From Eledone cirrhosa (Eukaryota), in NCBI GenBank assembly GCA_964016885.1, contig OZ024741.1:259718001-259782000 (forward strand): a stretch of 64,000 nt of DNA, written 5' to 3'. The stretch's first letter is position 1. The number at the start of each line of letters is the position of its first letter. The notes below the pieces were generated by a model. The model was not told the origin of the DNA. It saw only the letters and a program-made list of their open reading frames with translations, and searched no databases. Shown here piece by piece: positions 11,041-25,233 of the stretch. Position numbers and translations under genes: made by a program.

Positions 11041-14000
11041 TAAGTCAGAACACTCGTAAGTCAGAACACTCGTAAGTCGAAACACTCGTATCGAAACACT
11101 CGTATGTCAAAACACCAGTAAGTCGAAACACTCGTATCGAAACACTCGTATGTCAAAACACCAGTAAGTCAAAACACTCGTAAGTCGAAACACTCGTAAG
11201 CCGAAACACCGTAAGTCGAAACACCCGTATGTCGAAACACTCGTAAGCCGAAACACTCGTAAGTCGAAACACTCGTAGTCGAAACACTCGTAAGTCGAAA
11301 CACCCGTAAGTCGAAACACTCGTAAGTCGAAACACTTGTAAGCCGAAACACTCGTAAGTCGAAACACTCATAAGCCGAAACACTCGTAAGTCGAAACACT
11401 CGTAAGTCAGAACACTCGTAGTCAGAACACTCGTAAGTCAAACCACTCGTAAGCCGAAACACTCGTAAGTCGAAACACTCGTAAGTCGAAACACTCGTAA
11501 GTCGAAAAACTCGTAAGCCGGAACACTCGTAAGTCAGAACACTCGTAAGTCAGAACACTCGTAAGTCGAAACACTCGTAAGCCGAAACACCCGTAAGTCG
11601 AAACATTCGTAAGTCGAAACACCCGTAAGTCGAAACACTCGTAAGTCGAAACACTCGTAAGTCGAAACACCGTAAGTCAAAACACTCGTATGTCGAAACA
11701 TCCGTAAATCAGAACACTCCTAAGTCAAAACACTCGTAAGTCGAAACACTCGTAAGTCAAAAATACTCGTAAGTCGAAACACCCTTAAGTAAAAACACTC
11801 GTAAGTCGAAACACTCGTAAGCCGAAACACCCGTCAGTTAAAACACCCGTAAGTCGAAACCCTCGTAAGTCAAAACTCTCGTACGCCGAAACACTCGTAA
11901 GTAAAAACATTAGTAAGTCGAAACACTCGTAAGCCGAAACACCCGTAAGTCAAAACATTCGTAAGTCAAAACACTCGTAAGTCGAAACACCCGTAAGTCG
12001 AAACACTCGTATGTCGAAACACTCGTAAGCCGAAACACCGTAAGTAAAAACACTCGTAAGTCTAAACACCCACAAGTCGAAACACTCGTAAGCCGAAACA
12101 CTCGTAAGTCGAAACACTCATAAGCCGAAACACTCGTAAGTCGGAACACTCGTAAATCAGAACACCCGCAAGTCAGAACACTCGTATCGAAACACTCGTA
12201 TGTCAAAACACCCGTAAGTCAAAACACTCGTAAGTCGAAACACTCGTAAGCCGAAACACCGTAAGTAAAAAAACTCGTAAGTCGAAATACTCGTAAGTCG
12301 AAACACTCGTAAGCCGAAACAATCGTAATTCAAAACACTCGTAAGTCGAAACACTCGTAAGCCGAAACAATCGTAAGTCGAAACACTCGTAAGCCGAAAA
12401 TACTCGTAAGTCGGAACACCCGTAAGCCGAAACACTCGTATGTCGAAACACTCGTAAGCCGAAACAACATAAGTAAAAACACTCGTAAGTCGAAACACCC
12501 ATAAGTCGAAACACTCGTAAGCCGAAACACTCGTAAGTCGAAACACTCATAAGCCGAAACACTCGTAAGTCGGAACACTCGTAAATCAGAACACCCGCAA
12601 GTCAGAACACTCGTAAATCAGAACACTCTTAAGTCGAAACTCACGTACGCCGAAACACTCGTAAGTCGAAACACTCGTAAGTCGAAACATCCTTAAGTCG
12701 AAACACTCGTACACCGAAACACTCGTAAGTATAAACATTAGTAAGTCGAAACACTCGTATGTCGAAACACTCGTAAACCGAAACACTCGTAAGTCGGAAC
12801 ACTCGTAAGTCAGAACACTCGTAAGTCAGAACACTCGTAAGTCGAAACACTCATAAGTCGAAACACTCGTAAGTCGAAACACCCGTAAGTCGAAACACCC
12901 GTAAGTCGAAACACTCGTATGTCGAATAACTCGTAAGCCGAAACACCGTAAGTCAAAACACTCGTAAGTCGAAACACTCGTAAGTCGAAACACCCATAAG
13001 CCGAAACATTCGTAAGCCAAAACATTCGTAAGTCGAAACACTCGTAAACCGAAACACTCGTAAGCCAAAACATTCGTAAGTCGAAACACTCGTAAGTCGA
13101 AACACCCATAGCCGAAACACTTGTAAGTCTGAACACACGTAAGTCAGAACACCCGTAAGTCAGAACACTCGTAAGTCAGAACACTCGTAAGTCAGAACAC
13201 TCGTAAGTCAGAGCACTCGTATCGAAACACTCGTATGTCAAAACACCCGTAAGTCAAAACACTCGTAAGTCGAAACACTCGTAAGCCGAAACACCGTAAG
13301 CCAAAACACTCGTAAGTCGAAACATCCGTAAGTCGGAACACTCGTAAGTCGAAACACTCGTAAGTCGAAACACTCGTAAGCCGAAACACTCGTAAGCCGA
13401 AACACTCGTAAGTCGGAACACTCGTAAGTCGGAACACTCGTAAGTCAGAACACTCGTAAGTCAGAGCACTCGTATCGAAACACTCGTATGTCAAAACACC
13501 CGTAAGTCAAAACACTCGTAAGTCGAAACACTCGTAAGTCGAAACACTCGTAAGCCGAAACAATCGTAAGTCAAAACACTCGTAAGTCGAAACACTCGTG
13601 AGCCGAAAATACTCGTAATTCGGAACACCCGTAAGCCGAAACCCTCGCAGGTCGGAACACTCGTAAGTCGAAACACTCGTAAGACGAAACACCCGTAAGT
13701 CGGAACACTCGTAAGTCAGAATACTCGTAAGTCGAAACACTCGTAAACCGGAACACCCGTAAGGCAAAACATTCGTAAGTCAAAACACTCGTAAGTCGAA
13801 ACACTCGTAAGCCGAAACACTCGTAAGTCGAAACACTCGTAAGTCGAAACACCCGTAAGTCGAAACATCCGTAAGTCAAAACACTCGTATGTCGAAACAC
13901 TCGTAAGCCGAAACACTCGTAAGTCGGAACACTCGCAAGTCAGAACACTCGTAAGTCAGAACACTCGTAAGTTGAAACACTCGTAAGTCGAAACACCCGT

Positions 14001-14663
14001 AAGTCGAAACGCCCGTAAGTCAAAACACTCGTATGTCGAAACAATCGCAAGCCGAAAAACCGTAAGTCAAAACACTCGTAAGTCGAAACACTCGTAAGTC
14101 GAAACACTCGTAAGCGGAAACACTCGTAAGCGAAAACATTCGTAAGTCGAAACACTCGTAACCCGAAACACTCGTAAGTCGAAACACTCGAAAGCCGAAA
14201 CACTCGTAAGTCGAAACACTCATAAGCCGAAACACTCGTAAGTCGGAACACTCGTAAGTCAGAACACCCGTAAGTCAGAACACTCGTAGTCAGAACACTC
14301 GTAAGTCGAAACACTCGTAAGCCGAAACAATCGTAAGTCGAAGCACTCGTAATCCGAAACACTCTTAAGTCGAAACACTCGTAAGTCGGAACACTCGCAA
14401 GTCAGAACACTCGTAAGTCAGAACACTCGTAAGTCGAAACACTCGTAAGCCGAAACACCCGTAAGTCAAAACATCCGTAAGTCAAAACATTCGTAAGTCG
14501 AAACACCCGTAGTCGAAACACTCGCAAGTCGAAACACTCGTAAGTCGAAACACGCGTAAGTCGAAACACATGTATGTCAAAACACTCTTAAGTCAAAACA
14601 CTCGTAAGCCGAAACACTCGTAAGTCGAAACACTCGTAAGTCGAAACGCTCGTAAAGCGAAAC

Positions 14664-14733
14664 GTATAAATAAAGATTAATGTAATGAATTTGAAAAGCA
14701 TAGAGATTTGAAACCGCGTCTATTTGTTATTTT
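14664..14733 (+). repeat. 70-bp AT-rich element, type B (copy 5)
   Basis: TAAAGATT, GAATTTG and GAGATTT alleles. Confidence 0.95.
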
Positions 14734-15541
14734 CGTAAGTCGAAACACTCGTAAGCCGAAACACTCGTGAGCCGAAACACTCGTAAGTCGGAACACTCGT
14801 AAGTCAGAACACTCGTAAGTCAGAACACTCGTAAGTTAGAACACTCGTAAGTCAGAACACTCGTAAGTCAAAACACCCGTAAGTCAAAACACTCGTAAGT
14901 CGAAACACTCGTAAGCCGAAACACCGTAAGCCAAAACACTCGTAAGTCGAAACACCCGTAAGTCGGAACACTCGTAAGTCGAAACACTCGTAAGTCGAAG
15001 CACTTGTAAGCAGAAACACTCGTAAGCCGAAACACTCGTAAGTCGGAACACTCGTAAGTCGGAACACTCGTAAGTCAGAACACTCGTAAGTCAGAACACT
15101 CGTAAGTCAGAACACTCGTAAGTCGAAACACTCGTATCGAAACACTCGTATGTCAAAACACCCGTAAGTCAAAACACTCGTAAATCGAAACACTCGTAAG
15201 TCGAAACACTCGTATGTCGAAACATCCGTAAATCAGAACACTCGTAAGTCGAAACACTCGTAAGCCGAAACACTCGTAAGTCGAAACACTCGTATCGAAA
15301 CACTCGTAAGTCGAAACACCCTTAAGTCAAAACACTCGTAAGCCAAAACACTCGTAAGTCGAAACACTCGTAAGTCGGAACACTCGTAAGTCAGAACACT
15401 CGTAAGTCAGAACACTCGTAAGTGGAAACACGCGTAAGTCGAAAGACCCGTAAGTCAAAAATCTCGTTAGTCAAAACACTCGTAGGCCGAAACACTCGTA
15501 AGTCGAAACACTCGTAAGTCGAAACATTCGTAAAGCGAAAC

Positions 15542-15611
15542 GTATAAATAAAGATTAATGTTATGAACTTAAAAAGCATAGAGATTTGAAACCGCGTCTA
15601 TTTGTTATTAT
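15542..15611 (+). repeat. 70-bp AT-rich element, diverged A/B mosaic (copy 6)
   Basis: GAACTT (A allele) with GAGATTT (B allele), plus private ATGTTATG, CTTAAAAAG and TTATTAT. Confidence 0.95.
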
Positions 15612-18600
15612 CGTAAGTCGAAACACTCGTAAGTCAGAACACTCGTAAGTCAGAACACTCGTAAGTCAGAACACTCGTAAGTCAGAACACTCGTAAGTCA
15701 GAACACTCTTAAGTCAGAACACTCGTATCGAAACACTCGTATGTCAAAACACCCGTAAGTCAAAACACTCGTAAGTCGAAACACTCGTAAGTCGAAACAC
15801 TCATAAGCCGAAACACTCGTAAGTCGGAACACTCGTAAGTCAGAACACCCGTAAGTCAGAACACTCGTAGTCAGAACACTCGTAAGTCGAAACACTCGTA
15901 AGCCGAAACACTCGTAAGTCGAAACACTCGTAAGTCGAAACATCCTTAAGTCGAAACACTCGTACACCGAAACACTCGTAAGTAAAAACATTAGTAAGTC
16001 GAAACACTCGTAAGCCGAAACACTCGTAAGTCGAAACACCCGTAAGTCGAAACACCCGTAAGTCAAAACACTCGTATGTCGAAACACTCGTAAACCGAAA
16101 CACTCGTAAGTCGGAACACTCGTAAGTCAGAACACTCGTAAGTCAGAACACTCGTAAGTCGAAACACTCATAAGTCGAAACACTCGTAAGTCGAAACACC
16201 CGTAAGTCGAAACACTCGTATGTCGAATAACTCGTAAGCCGAAACACCGTAAGTCAAAACACTCGTAAGTCGAAACACTCGTAAGTCGAAACACCCATAA
16301 GCCGAAACACTCGTAAGCCAAAACATTCGTAAGTCGAAACACTCGTAAACCGAAATACTCGTAAGCCAAAACATTCGTAAGTCGAAACACTCGTAAGTCG
16401 AAACACCCATAGCCGAAACACTCGTAAGTCGGAACACACGTAAGTACGAACACCCGTAAGTCAGAACACTCGTAAGTCGAAACACTCATAAGTCGAAACA
16501 CTCGTAAGTCGAAACACCCGTAAGTCAGAACACTCGTAAGTCAGAACACTCGTAAGTCAGAGCACTCGTATCGAAACACTCGTATGTCAAAACACCCGTA
16601 AGTCAAAACACTCGTAAGTCGAAACACTCGTCAGCCGAAACACCGTAAGCCAAAACACTCGTAAGTCGAAACACCCGTAAGTCGGAACACTCGTAAGTCG
16701 AAACACTCGTAAGTCGAAACACTCGTAAGCCGAAACACTCGTAAGCCGAAACACTCGTAAGTCGGAACACTCGTAAGTCTGAACACTCGTAAGTCAAAAC
16801 ACTCGTAAGTCGAAACACTCGTAAGTCGAAACACCCATAAGCCGAAACACTCGTAAGCCAAAACATTCGTAAGTCGAAACACTCGTAAGCCGAAACACTC
16901 GTAAGCCAAAACATTCGTAAGTCGAAACACTCGTAAGTCGTAACACATATAGCCGAAACACTCGTAAGTCGGAACACACGTAAGTCAGAACACCCGTAAG
17001 TCAGAACACTCGTAAGTCAGAACACTCGTAAGTCAGAACACTCGTAAGTCAGAGCACTCGTATCGAAACACTCGTATGTAAAAACACCCATAAGTCAAAA
17101 CACTAGTAAGTCGAAACACTCGTAAGCCGAAACACCGTAAGCCAAAACACTCGTAAGTCGAAACACCCGTAAGTCGGAACACTCGCAAGTCAAAACACTC
17201 GTAAGTCGAAACACTCGTAAGCCGAAACACTCGTAAGCCGAAACACTCGTAAGTCGGAACACTCGTAAGTCGGAACACTCGTAAGTCAGAACACTCGTAA
17301 GTCAGAACACTCGTAAGTAAGAACACTCGTAAGTCAGAATACTCGTAAGTCGAAACACTCGTATCGAAACACTCGTATGTCAAAACACCCGTAAGTCAAA
17401 ACACTCGTAAGTCGAAACACTTGTAAGTCGAAACACCCATAGCCGAAACACTCGTAAGTCGGAACACACGTAAGTCAGAACACCCGTAAGTCAGAACACT
17501 CGTAAGTCAGAACACTCGTAAGTCAGAACACTCGTAAGTCAGAGCACTCGTATCGAAACACTCGTATGTCAAAACACCCGTAAGTCGAAACACTCGTAAG
17601 TCGAAACACTCGTAAGCCAAAACACCGTAAGTAAAAAAGCTCGTAAGTCGAAATACACGTAAGTCGAAACACTCGTAAGCCGAAACAATCGTAATTCAAA
17701 ACACTCGTAAGTCGAAACACTCGTAAGCCAAAAATACTAGTACGTCGAAACACCCGTAAGCCGAAACACTCGTAAGTCGGAACACTCGTAAGTCAAAACA
17801 CTCGTAAGTCGAAACAGTCGTAAGTCGGAACACTCGTAAGTCAGAACACTCGTAAATCAGAACATTCATAAGTCAAAACACTCGTAATTCGAAACACCCG
17901 TAAGTCGAAACGCCCGTAAGTCGAAACACTCATTAGCCGAAACACTCGTAAGTCGGAACACTCGTAAGTCAGAATACCCGTAAGTCAGAACACTCGTAGT
18001 CAGAACACTCGTAAGTCAAAACACTCGTAAGCCGAAACACTCGTAAGCCGAAACACTCGTAAGCCGAAACACTCTTAAGTCGGAACACTCGTCAGTCGGA
18101 ACACTCGTAAGTCAAAACATTCGTAAGCCAAAATACTCGTAAGTCGAAACACTCGTACGTCGAAACACTCGTAAGTCGAAACACTCGTAAGTCGAAACAT
18201 CCTTAAGTCGAAACACTCGTACACCGAAACACTCGTAAGTAAAAACATTAGTAAGCCGAAACACTCGTAAGCCGAAACACTCGTAAGTCGGAACACTCGT
18301 AAGTCGGAACACTCGTAAGTCGAAACACCCATAAGCCGAAACACTCGTAAGCCAAAACATTCGTAAGTCGAAACACTCGTAAGCCGAAACACTCGTAAGC
18401 CAAAACATTCGTAAGTCGAAACACTCGTAAGTCGAAACACCCATAGCCGAAACACTCGTAAGTCGGAACACCCGTAAGTCAGAACACCCGTAAGTCAGAA
18501 CACTCGTAAGTCAGAACACTCGTAAGTCAGAGCACTCGTATCGAAACACTCGTATGTAAAAACACCCATAAGTCAAAACACTAGTAAGTCGAAACACTCG

Positions 18601-20393
18601 TAAGCCGAAACACCGTAAGCCAAAACACTCGTAAGTCGAAACACCCGTAAGTCGGAACACTCGTAAGTCAAAACACTCGTAAGTCGAAACACTCGTAAGC
18701 CGAAACACTCGTAAGCCGAAACACTCGTAAGTCGGAACACTCGTAAGTCGGAACACTCGTAAGTCAGAACACTCGTAAGTCAGAACACTCGTAAGTCAGA
18801 ACACTCGTAAGTCAGAATACTCGTAAGTCGAAACACTCGTATCGAAACACTCGTATGTCAAAACACCCGTAAGTCAAAACACTCGTAAGTCGAAACACTC
18901 GTAAGTCGAAACACTCGTATGTCGAAACATCCGTAAATCAGAACACTCGTAAGTCGAAACCCTCGTAAGTCGAAACACCCGTAAGTCGGAACACTCGTAA
19001 GTCGAAACACTCGTAAGTCGAAACACCCATAGCCGAAACACTCGTAAGTCGGAACACACGTAAGTCAGAACACCCGTAAGTCAGAACACTCGTAAGTCAG
19101 AACACTCGTAAGTCAGAACACTCGTAAGTCAGAGCACTCGTATCGAAACACTCGTATGTCAAAACACCCGTAAGTCAAAACACTCGTAAGTCGAAACACT
19201 CGTAAGTCGAAACACTCGTAAGCCGAAACAATCGTAAGTCAAAACACTCGTAAGTCGAAACACTCGTGAGCCGAAAATACTCGTAATTCGGAACACCCGT
19301 AAGCCGAAACCCTCGCAGGTCGGAACACTCGTAAGACGAAACACTCGTAAGTCGAAACACTCGAAAGCCGAAACACTCGTAAGTCAGAACACTCGTAAGT
19401 CAGAGCACTCGTATCGAAACACTCGTATGTCAAAACACCCGTAAGTCGGAACACTCGTAAGTCAGAATACTCGTAAGTCGAAACACTCGTAAACCGGAAC
19501 ACCCGTAAGGCAAAACATTCGTAAGTCGAAACACTCGTAAGCCGAAACACTCGTAAGTCGAAACACTCGTAAGTCGAAACACCCGTAAGTCGAAACATCC
19601 GTAAGTCAAAACACTCGTATGTCGAAACACTCGTAAGCCGAAACACTCGTAAGTGGGAACACTCGCAAGTCAGAACACTCGTAAGTCAGAACACTCGTAA
19701 GTTGAAACACTGGTAAGTCGAAACACCCGTAAGTCGAAACGCCCGTAAGTCAAAACACTCGTATGTCGAAACAATCGCAAGCCGAAAAACCGTAAGTCAA
19801 AACACTCGTAAGTCGAAACACTCGTAAGTCGAAACACTCGTAAGCGGAAACACTCGTAAGCGAAAACATTCGTAAGTCGAAACACTCGTAACCCGAAACA
19901 CTCGTAAGTCGAAACACTCGAAAGCCGAAACACTCGTAAGTCGAAACACTCATAAGCCGAAACACTCGTAAGTCGGAACACTCGTAAGTCAGAACACCCG
20001 TAAGTCAGAACACTCGTAGTCAGAACACTCGTAAGTCGAAACACTCGTAAGCCGAAACAATCGTAAGTCGAAGCACTCGTAATCCGAAACACTCTTAAGT
20101 CGAAACACTCGTAAGTCGGAACACTCGCAAGTCAGAACACTCGTAAGTCAGAACACTCGTAAGTCGAAACACTCGTAAGCCGAAACACCCGTAAGTCAAA
20201 ACATCCGTAAGTCAAAACATTCGTAAGTCGAAACACCCGTAGTCGAAACACTCGCAAGTCGAAACACTCGTAAGTCGAAACACGCGTAAGTCGAAACACA
20301 TGTAAGTCAAAACACTCATAAGTCAAAACACTCGTAAGCCGAAACACTCGTAAGTCGAAACACTCGTAAGTCGAAACGCTCGTAAAGCGAAAC

Positions 20394-20463
20394 GTATAAA
20401 TAAAGATTAATGTAATGAATTTGAAAAGCATAGAGATTTGAAACCGCGTCTATTTGTTATTTT
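20394..20463 (+). repeat. 70-bp AT-rich element, type B (copy 7)
   Basis: Same 70-mer, B alleles. Confidence 0.95.
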
Positions 20464-21144
20464 CGTAAGTCGAAACACTCGTAAGCAGAAACACTCGTGA
20501 GCCGAAACACTCGTAAGTCGGAACACTCGTAAGTCAGAACACTCGTAAGTCAGAACACTCGTAAGTTAGAACACTCGTAAGTCAGAACACTCGTAAGTCA
20601 AAACACCCGTAAGTCAAAACACTCGTAAGTCGAAACACTCGTAAGCCGAAACACCGTAAGCCAAAACACTCGTAAGTCGAAACACCCGTAACTCGGAACA
20701 CTCGTAAGTCGAAACACTCGTAAGTCGAAGCACTCGTAAGCAGAAACACTCGTAAGCCGAAACACTCGTAAGTCGGAACACTCGTAAGTCGGAACACTCG
20801 TAAGTCAGAACACTCGTAAGTCAGAACACTCGTAAGTCAGAACACTCGTAAGTCGAAACACTCGTATCGAAACACTCGTATGTCAAAACACCCGTAAGTC
20901 AAAACACTCGTAAGTCGAAACACTCGTAAGCCGAAACATCCGTAAGTCAAAACATCCGTAAGTCAAAACATTCGTAAGTCGAAACACCCGTAGTCGAAAC
21001 ACTCGCAAGTCGAAACACTCGTAAGTCGAAACACGCGTAAGTCGAAACACATGTAAGTCAAAACACTCGTAAGTCAAAACACTCGTAAGCCGAAACACTC
21101 GTAAGTCGAAACACTCGTAAGTCGAAACGCTCGTAAAGCGAAAC

Positions 21145-21214
21145 GTATAAATAAAGATTAATGTAATGAATTTGAAAAGCATAGAGATTTGAAACCGCGT
21201 CTATTTGTTATTTT
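21145..21214 (+). repeat. 70-bp AT-rich element, type B (copy 8)
   Basis: Same 70-mer, B alleles. Confidence 0.95.
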
Positions 21215-21895
21215 CGTAAGTCGAAACACTCGTAAGCAGAAACACTCGTGAGCCGAAACACTCGTAAGTCGGAACACTCGTAAGTCAGAACACTCGTAAG
21301 TCAGAACACTCGTAAGTTAGAACACTCGTAAGTCAGAACACTCGTAAGTCAAAACACCCGTAAGTCAAAACACTCGTAAGTCGAAACACTCGTAAGCCGA
21401 AACACCGTAAGCCAAAACACTCGTAAGTCGAAACACCCGTAACTCGGAACAGTCGTAAGTCGAAACACTCGTAAGTCGAAGCACTCGTAAGCAGAAACAC
21501 TCGTAAGCCGAAACACTCGTAAGTCGGAACACTCGTAAGTCGGAACACTCGTAAGTCAGAACACTCGTAAGTCAGAACACTCGTAAGTCAGAACACTCGT
21601 AAGTCGAAACACTCGTATCGAAACACTCGTATGTCAAAACACCCGTAAGTCAAAACACTCGTAAGTCGAAACACTCGTAAGCCGAAACATCCGTAAGTCA
21701 AAACATCCGTAAGTCAAAACATTCGTAAGTCGAAACACCCGTAGTCGAAACACTCGCAAGTCGAAACACTCGTAAGTCGAAACACGCGTAAGTCGAAACA
21801 CATGTAAGTCAAAACACTCGTAAGTCAAAACACTCGTAAGCCGAAACACTCGTAAGTCGAAACACTCGTAAGTCGAAACACTCGTAAAGCGAAAC

Positions 21896-21965
21896 GTATA
21901 AATAAATATTAATGTAATGAATTTGAAAAGCATAGAGATTTGAAACCGCGTCTATTTGTTATTTT
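21896..21965 (+). repeat. 70-bp AT-rich element, type B' (copy 9)
   Basis: TAAATATT allele. Confidence 0.95.
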
Positions 21966-22772
21966 CGTAAGTCGAAACACTCGTAAGCCGAAACACTCGT
22001 GAGCCGAAACACTCGTAAGTCGGAACACTCGTAAGTCAGAACACTCGTAAGTCAGAACACTCGTAAGTTAGAACACTCGTAAGTCAGAACACTCGTAAGT
22101 CAGAACACTCGTAAGTCGAAACACTCGTATCGAAACACTCGTATGTCAAAACACCCGTAAGTCAAAACACTCGTAAGTCGAAACACTCGTAAGTCGAAAC
22201 ACTCGTAAGCCGAAACACTCGTAAGCCGAAACACTCGTAAGTCGGAACACTCGTAAGTCGGAACACTCGTAAGTCAGAACACTCGTAAGTCAGAACACTC
22301 GTAAGTCAGAACACTCGTAAGTCAGAACACTCGTAAGTCGAAACACTCGTATCGAAACACTCGTATGTCAAAACACCCGTAAGTCAAAACACTCGTAAGT
22401 CGAAACACTCGTAAGTCGAAACACTCGTATGTCGAAACATCCGTAAATCAGAACACTCGTAAGTCGAAACACTCGTAAGTCGAAACACTCGTAAGCCGAA
22501 ACACTCGTAAGTCGAAGCACTCGTATCGAAACACTCGTAAGTCGAAACACCCTTAAGTCAAAACACTCGTAAGCCAAAACACTCGTAAGTCGAAACACTC
22601 GTAAGTCGGAACACTCGTAAGTCAGAACACTCGTAAGTCAGAACACTCGTAAGTGGAAACACGCGTAAGTCGAAAGACCCGTAAGTCAAAAATCTCGTAA
22701 GTCAAAACACTCGTAAGCCGAAACACACGTAAGTCGAAACACTCGTAAGTCGAAACATTCGTAAAGCGAAAC

Positions 22773-22842
22773 GTATAAATAAAGATTAATGTAATCAACT
22801 TGAAAAGCATAGATATTTGAAACCGCGTCTATTTGTTATTTT
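22773..22842 (+). repeat. 70-bp AT-rich element, type A, AATCAAC variant (copy 10)
   Basis: GTAATCAACTTG, shared only with 26041-26110. Confidence 0.95.
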
Positions 22843-23886
22843 CGTAAGTCGAAACACTCGTAAGTCAGAACACTCGTAAGTCAGAACACTCTTAAGTCAG
22901 AACACTCGTATCGAAACACGTATGTCAAAACACCCGTAAGTCAAAACACTCGTAAGTCGAAATACTCGTAAGTCGAAACACTCGTAAGCCGAAACAATCG
23001 TAAGTCAAAACACTCGTAAGTCGAAACACTCGTAAGCCGAAAATACTCGTAAGTCGGAACACCCGTAAGCCGAAACCCTCGTAAGTCGGAACACTCGTAA
23101 GTCAGAACACCCGTAAGTCAGAACACTCGTAGTCAGAACACTCGTTAGTCGAAACACTCGTAAGCCGAAACACTCTTAAGTCGAAGCACTCGTAATCCGA
23201 AACACTCTTAAGTCAGAACACCCGTAAGTCAGAACACTCGTAAGTCAGAACACTCGTAAGTCAGAACACTCGTAAGTCAGAGCACTCGTATCGAAACACT
23301 CGTATGTCAAAACACCCGTAAGTCAAAACACTCGTAAGTCGAAACACTCGTAAGTCGAAACACTCGTAAGCCGAAACACCGTAAGCCAAAACACTCGTAA
23401 GTCGAAACACCCGTAAGTCGGAACACTCGTAAGTCGAAACACTCGTAAGCCGAAACACTCATAAGCCGAAACACTCGTAAGTCGGAACACTCGTAAGTCA
23501 GAACACCCGTAAGTCAGAACACTCGTAGTCAGAACACTCGTTAGTCGAAACACTCGTAAGCCGAAACACTCTTAAGTCGAAGCACTCGTAATCCGAAACA
23601 CTCTTAAGTCGAAACACTCGTAAGTCGGAAGACTCGTAAGTCAGAACACTCGTAAGTCAGAACACTCGTAAGTCGAAACACTCGTAAGCCGAAACATCCG
23701 TAAGTCAAAACATCCGTAGGTCAAAACATTCGTAAGTCGAAACACCCGTAGTCGAAACACTCGCATGTCGAAACACTCGTAAGTCGAAACACGCGTAAGT
23801 CGAAACACATGTAAGTCAAAACACTCGTAAGTCAAAACACTCGTAAGCCGAAACACTCGTAAGTCGAAACACTCGTAAAGCGAAAC

Positions 23887-23956
23887 GTATAAATAAAGAT
23901 TAATGTAATGAATTTGAAAAGCATAGAGATTTGAAACCGCGTCTATTTGTTATTTT
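23887..23956 (+). repeat. 70-bp AT-rich element, type B (copy 11)
   Basis: B alleles, followed by CGTAAATCG. Confidence 0.95.
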
Positions 23957-24413
23957 CGTAAATCGAAACACTCGTAAGCCGAAACACTCGTGAGCCGAAA
24001 CACTCGTAAGTCGGAACACTCGTAAGTCAGAACACTCGTAAGTCAGAACACTCGTAAGTTAGAACACTCGTAAGTCAGAACACTCGTAAGTCAGAACACT
24101 CGTAAGTCAGAACACTCGTAAGTCGAAACACTCGTATCGAAACACTCGTATGTCAAAACACCAGTAAGTCAAAACACTCGTAAGTCGAAACACTCGTAAG
24201 CCGAAACACCGTAAGTCAAAACACTCGTAAGTCGAAACACTCGTAAGTCGAAACACCCGTAGTCGAAACACTCGCAAGTCGAAACACTCGTAAGTCGAAA
24301 CACGCGTAAGTCGAAACACATGTAAGTCAAAACACTCGTAAGTCAAAACACTCGTAAGCCGAAACACTCGTAAGTCGAAACACTCGTAAGTCGAAACGCT
24401 CGTAAAGCGAAAC

Positions 24414-24483
24414 GTATAAATAAAGATTAATGTAATGAATTTGAAAAGCATAGAGATTTGAAACCGCGTCTATTTGTTATTTT
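24414..24483 (+). repeat. 70-bp AT-rich element, type B (copy 12)
   Basis: B alleles. Confidence 0.95.
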
Positions 24484-25163
24484 CGTAAGTCGAAACACTC
24501 GTACGCAGAAACACTCGTGAGCCGAAACACTCGTAAGTCGGAACACTCGTAAGTCAGAACACTCGTAAGTCAGAACACTCGTAAGTTAGAACACTCGTAA
24601 GTCAGAACACTCGTAAGTCAAAACACCCGTAAGTCAAAACACTCGTAAGTCGAAACACTCGTAAGCCGAAACACCGTAAGCCAAAACACTCGTAAGTCGA
24701 AACACCCGTAACTCGGAACACTCGTAAGTCGAAACACTCGTAAGTCGAAGCACTCGTAAGCAGAAACACTCGTAAGCCGAAACACTCGTAAGTCGGAACA
24801 CTCGTAAGTCGGAACACTCGTAAGTCAGAACACTCGTAAGTCAGAACACTCGTAAGTCAGAACACTCGTAAGTCGAAACACTCGTATCGAAACACTCGTA
24901 TGTCAAAACACCCGTAAGTCAAAACACTCGTAAGTCGAAACACTCGTAAGCCGAAACATCCGTAAGTCAAAACATCCGTAAGCAAAACATTCGTAAGTCG
25001 AAACACCCGTAGTCGAAACACTCGCAAGTCGAAACACTCGTAAGTCGAAACACGCGTAAGTCGAAACACATGTAAGTCAAAACACTCGTAAGTCAAAACA
25101 CTCGTAAGCCGAAACACTCGTAAGTCGAAACACTCGTAAGTCGAAACACTCGTAAAGCGAAAC

Positions 25164-25233
25164 GTATAAATAAATATTAATGTAATGAATTTGAAAAGCA
25201 TAGAGATTTGAAACCGCGTCTATTTGTTATTTT
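25164..25233 (+). repeat. 70-bp AT-rich element, type B' (copy 13)
   Basis: TAAATATT allele. Confidence 0.95.

Larger units (their letters stand above)
20140..22100 (+). repeat. Higher-order repeat, 751-bp unit, ~2.6 copies, one B-type element per unit
   Basis: Offsets 20132->20883->21634; elements at 20394, 21145 and 21896. Confidence 0.9.

Noticed and set aside
16628-16634. Hammerhead ribozyme: CGAAAC-ACTC-GTA resembles the 3' half (GAAA, stem III, GUH)
   Set aside because: I found no CTGANGA core on the + strand. CTGACGA arises only on the minus strand in rare variants such as this one, and that strand lacks a suitably placed GAAA.
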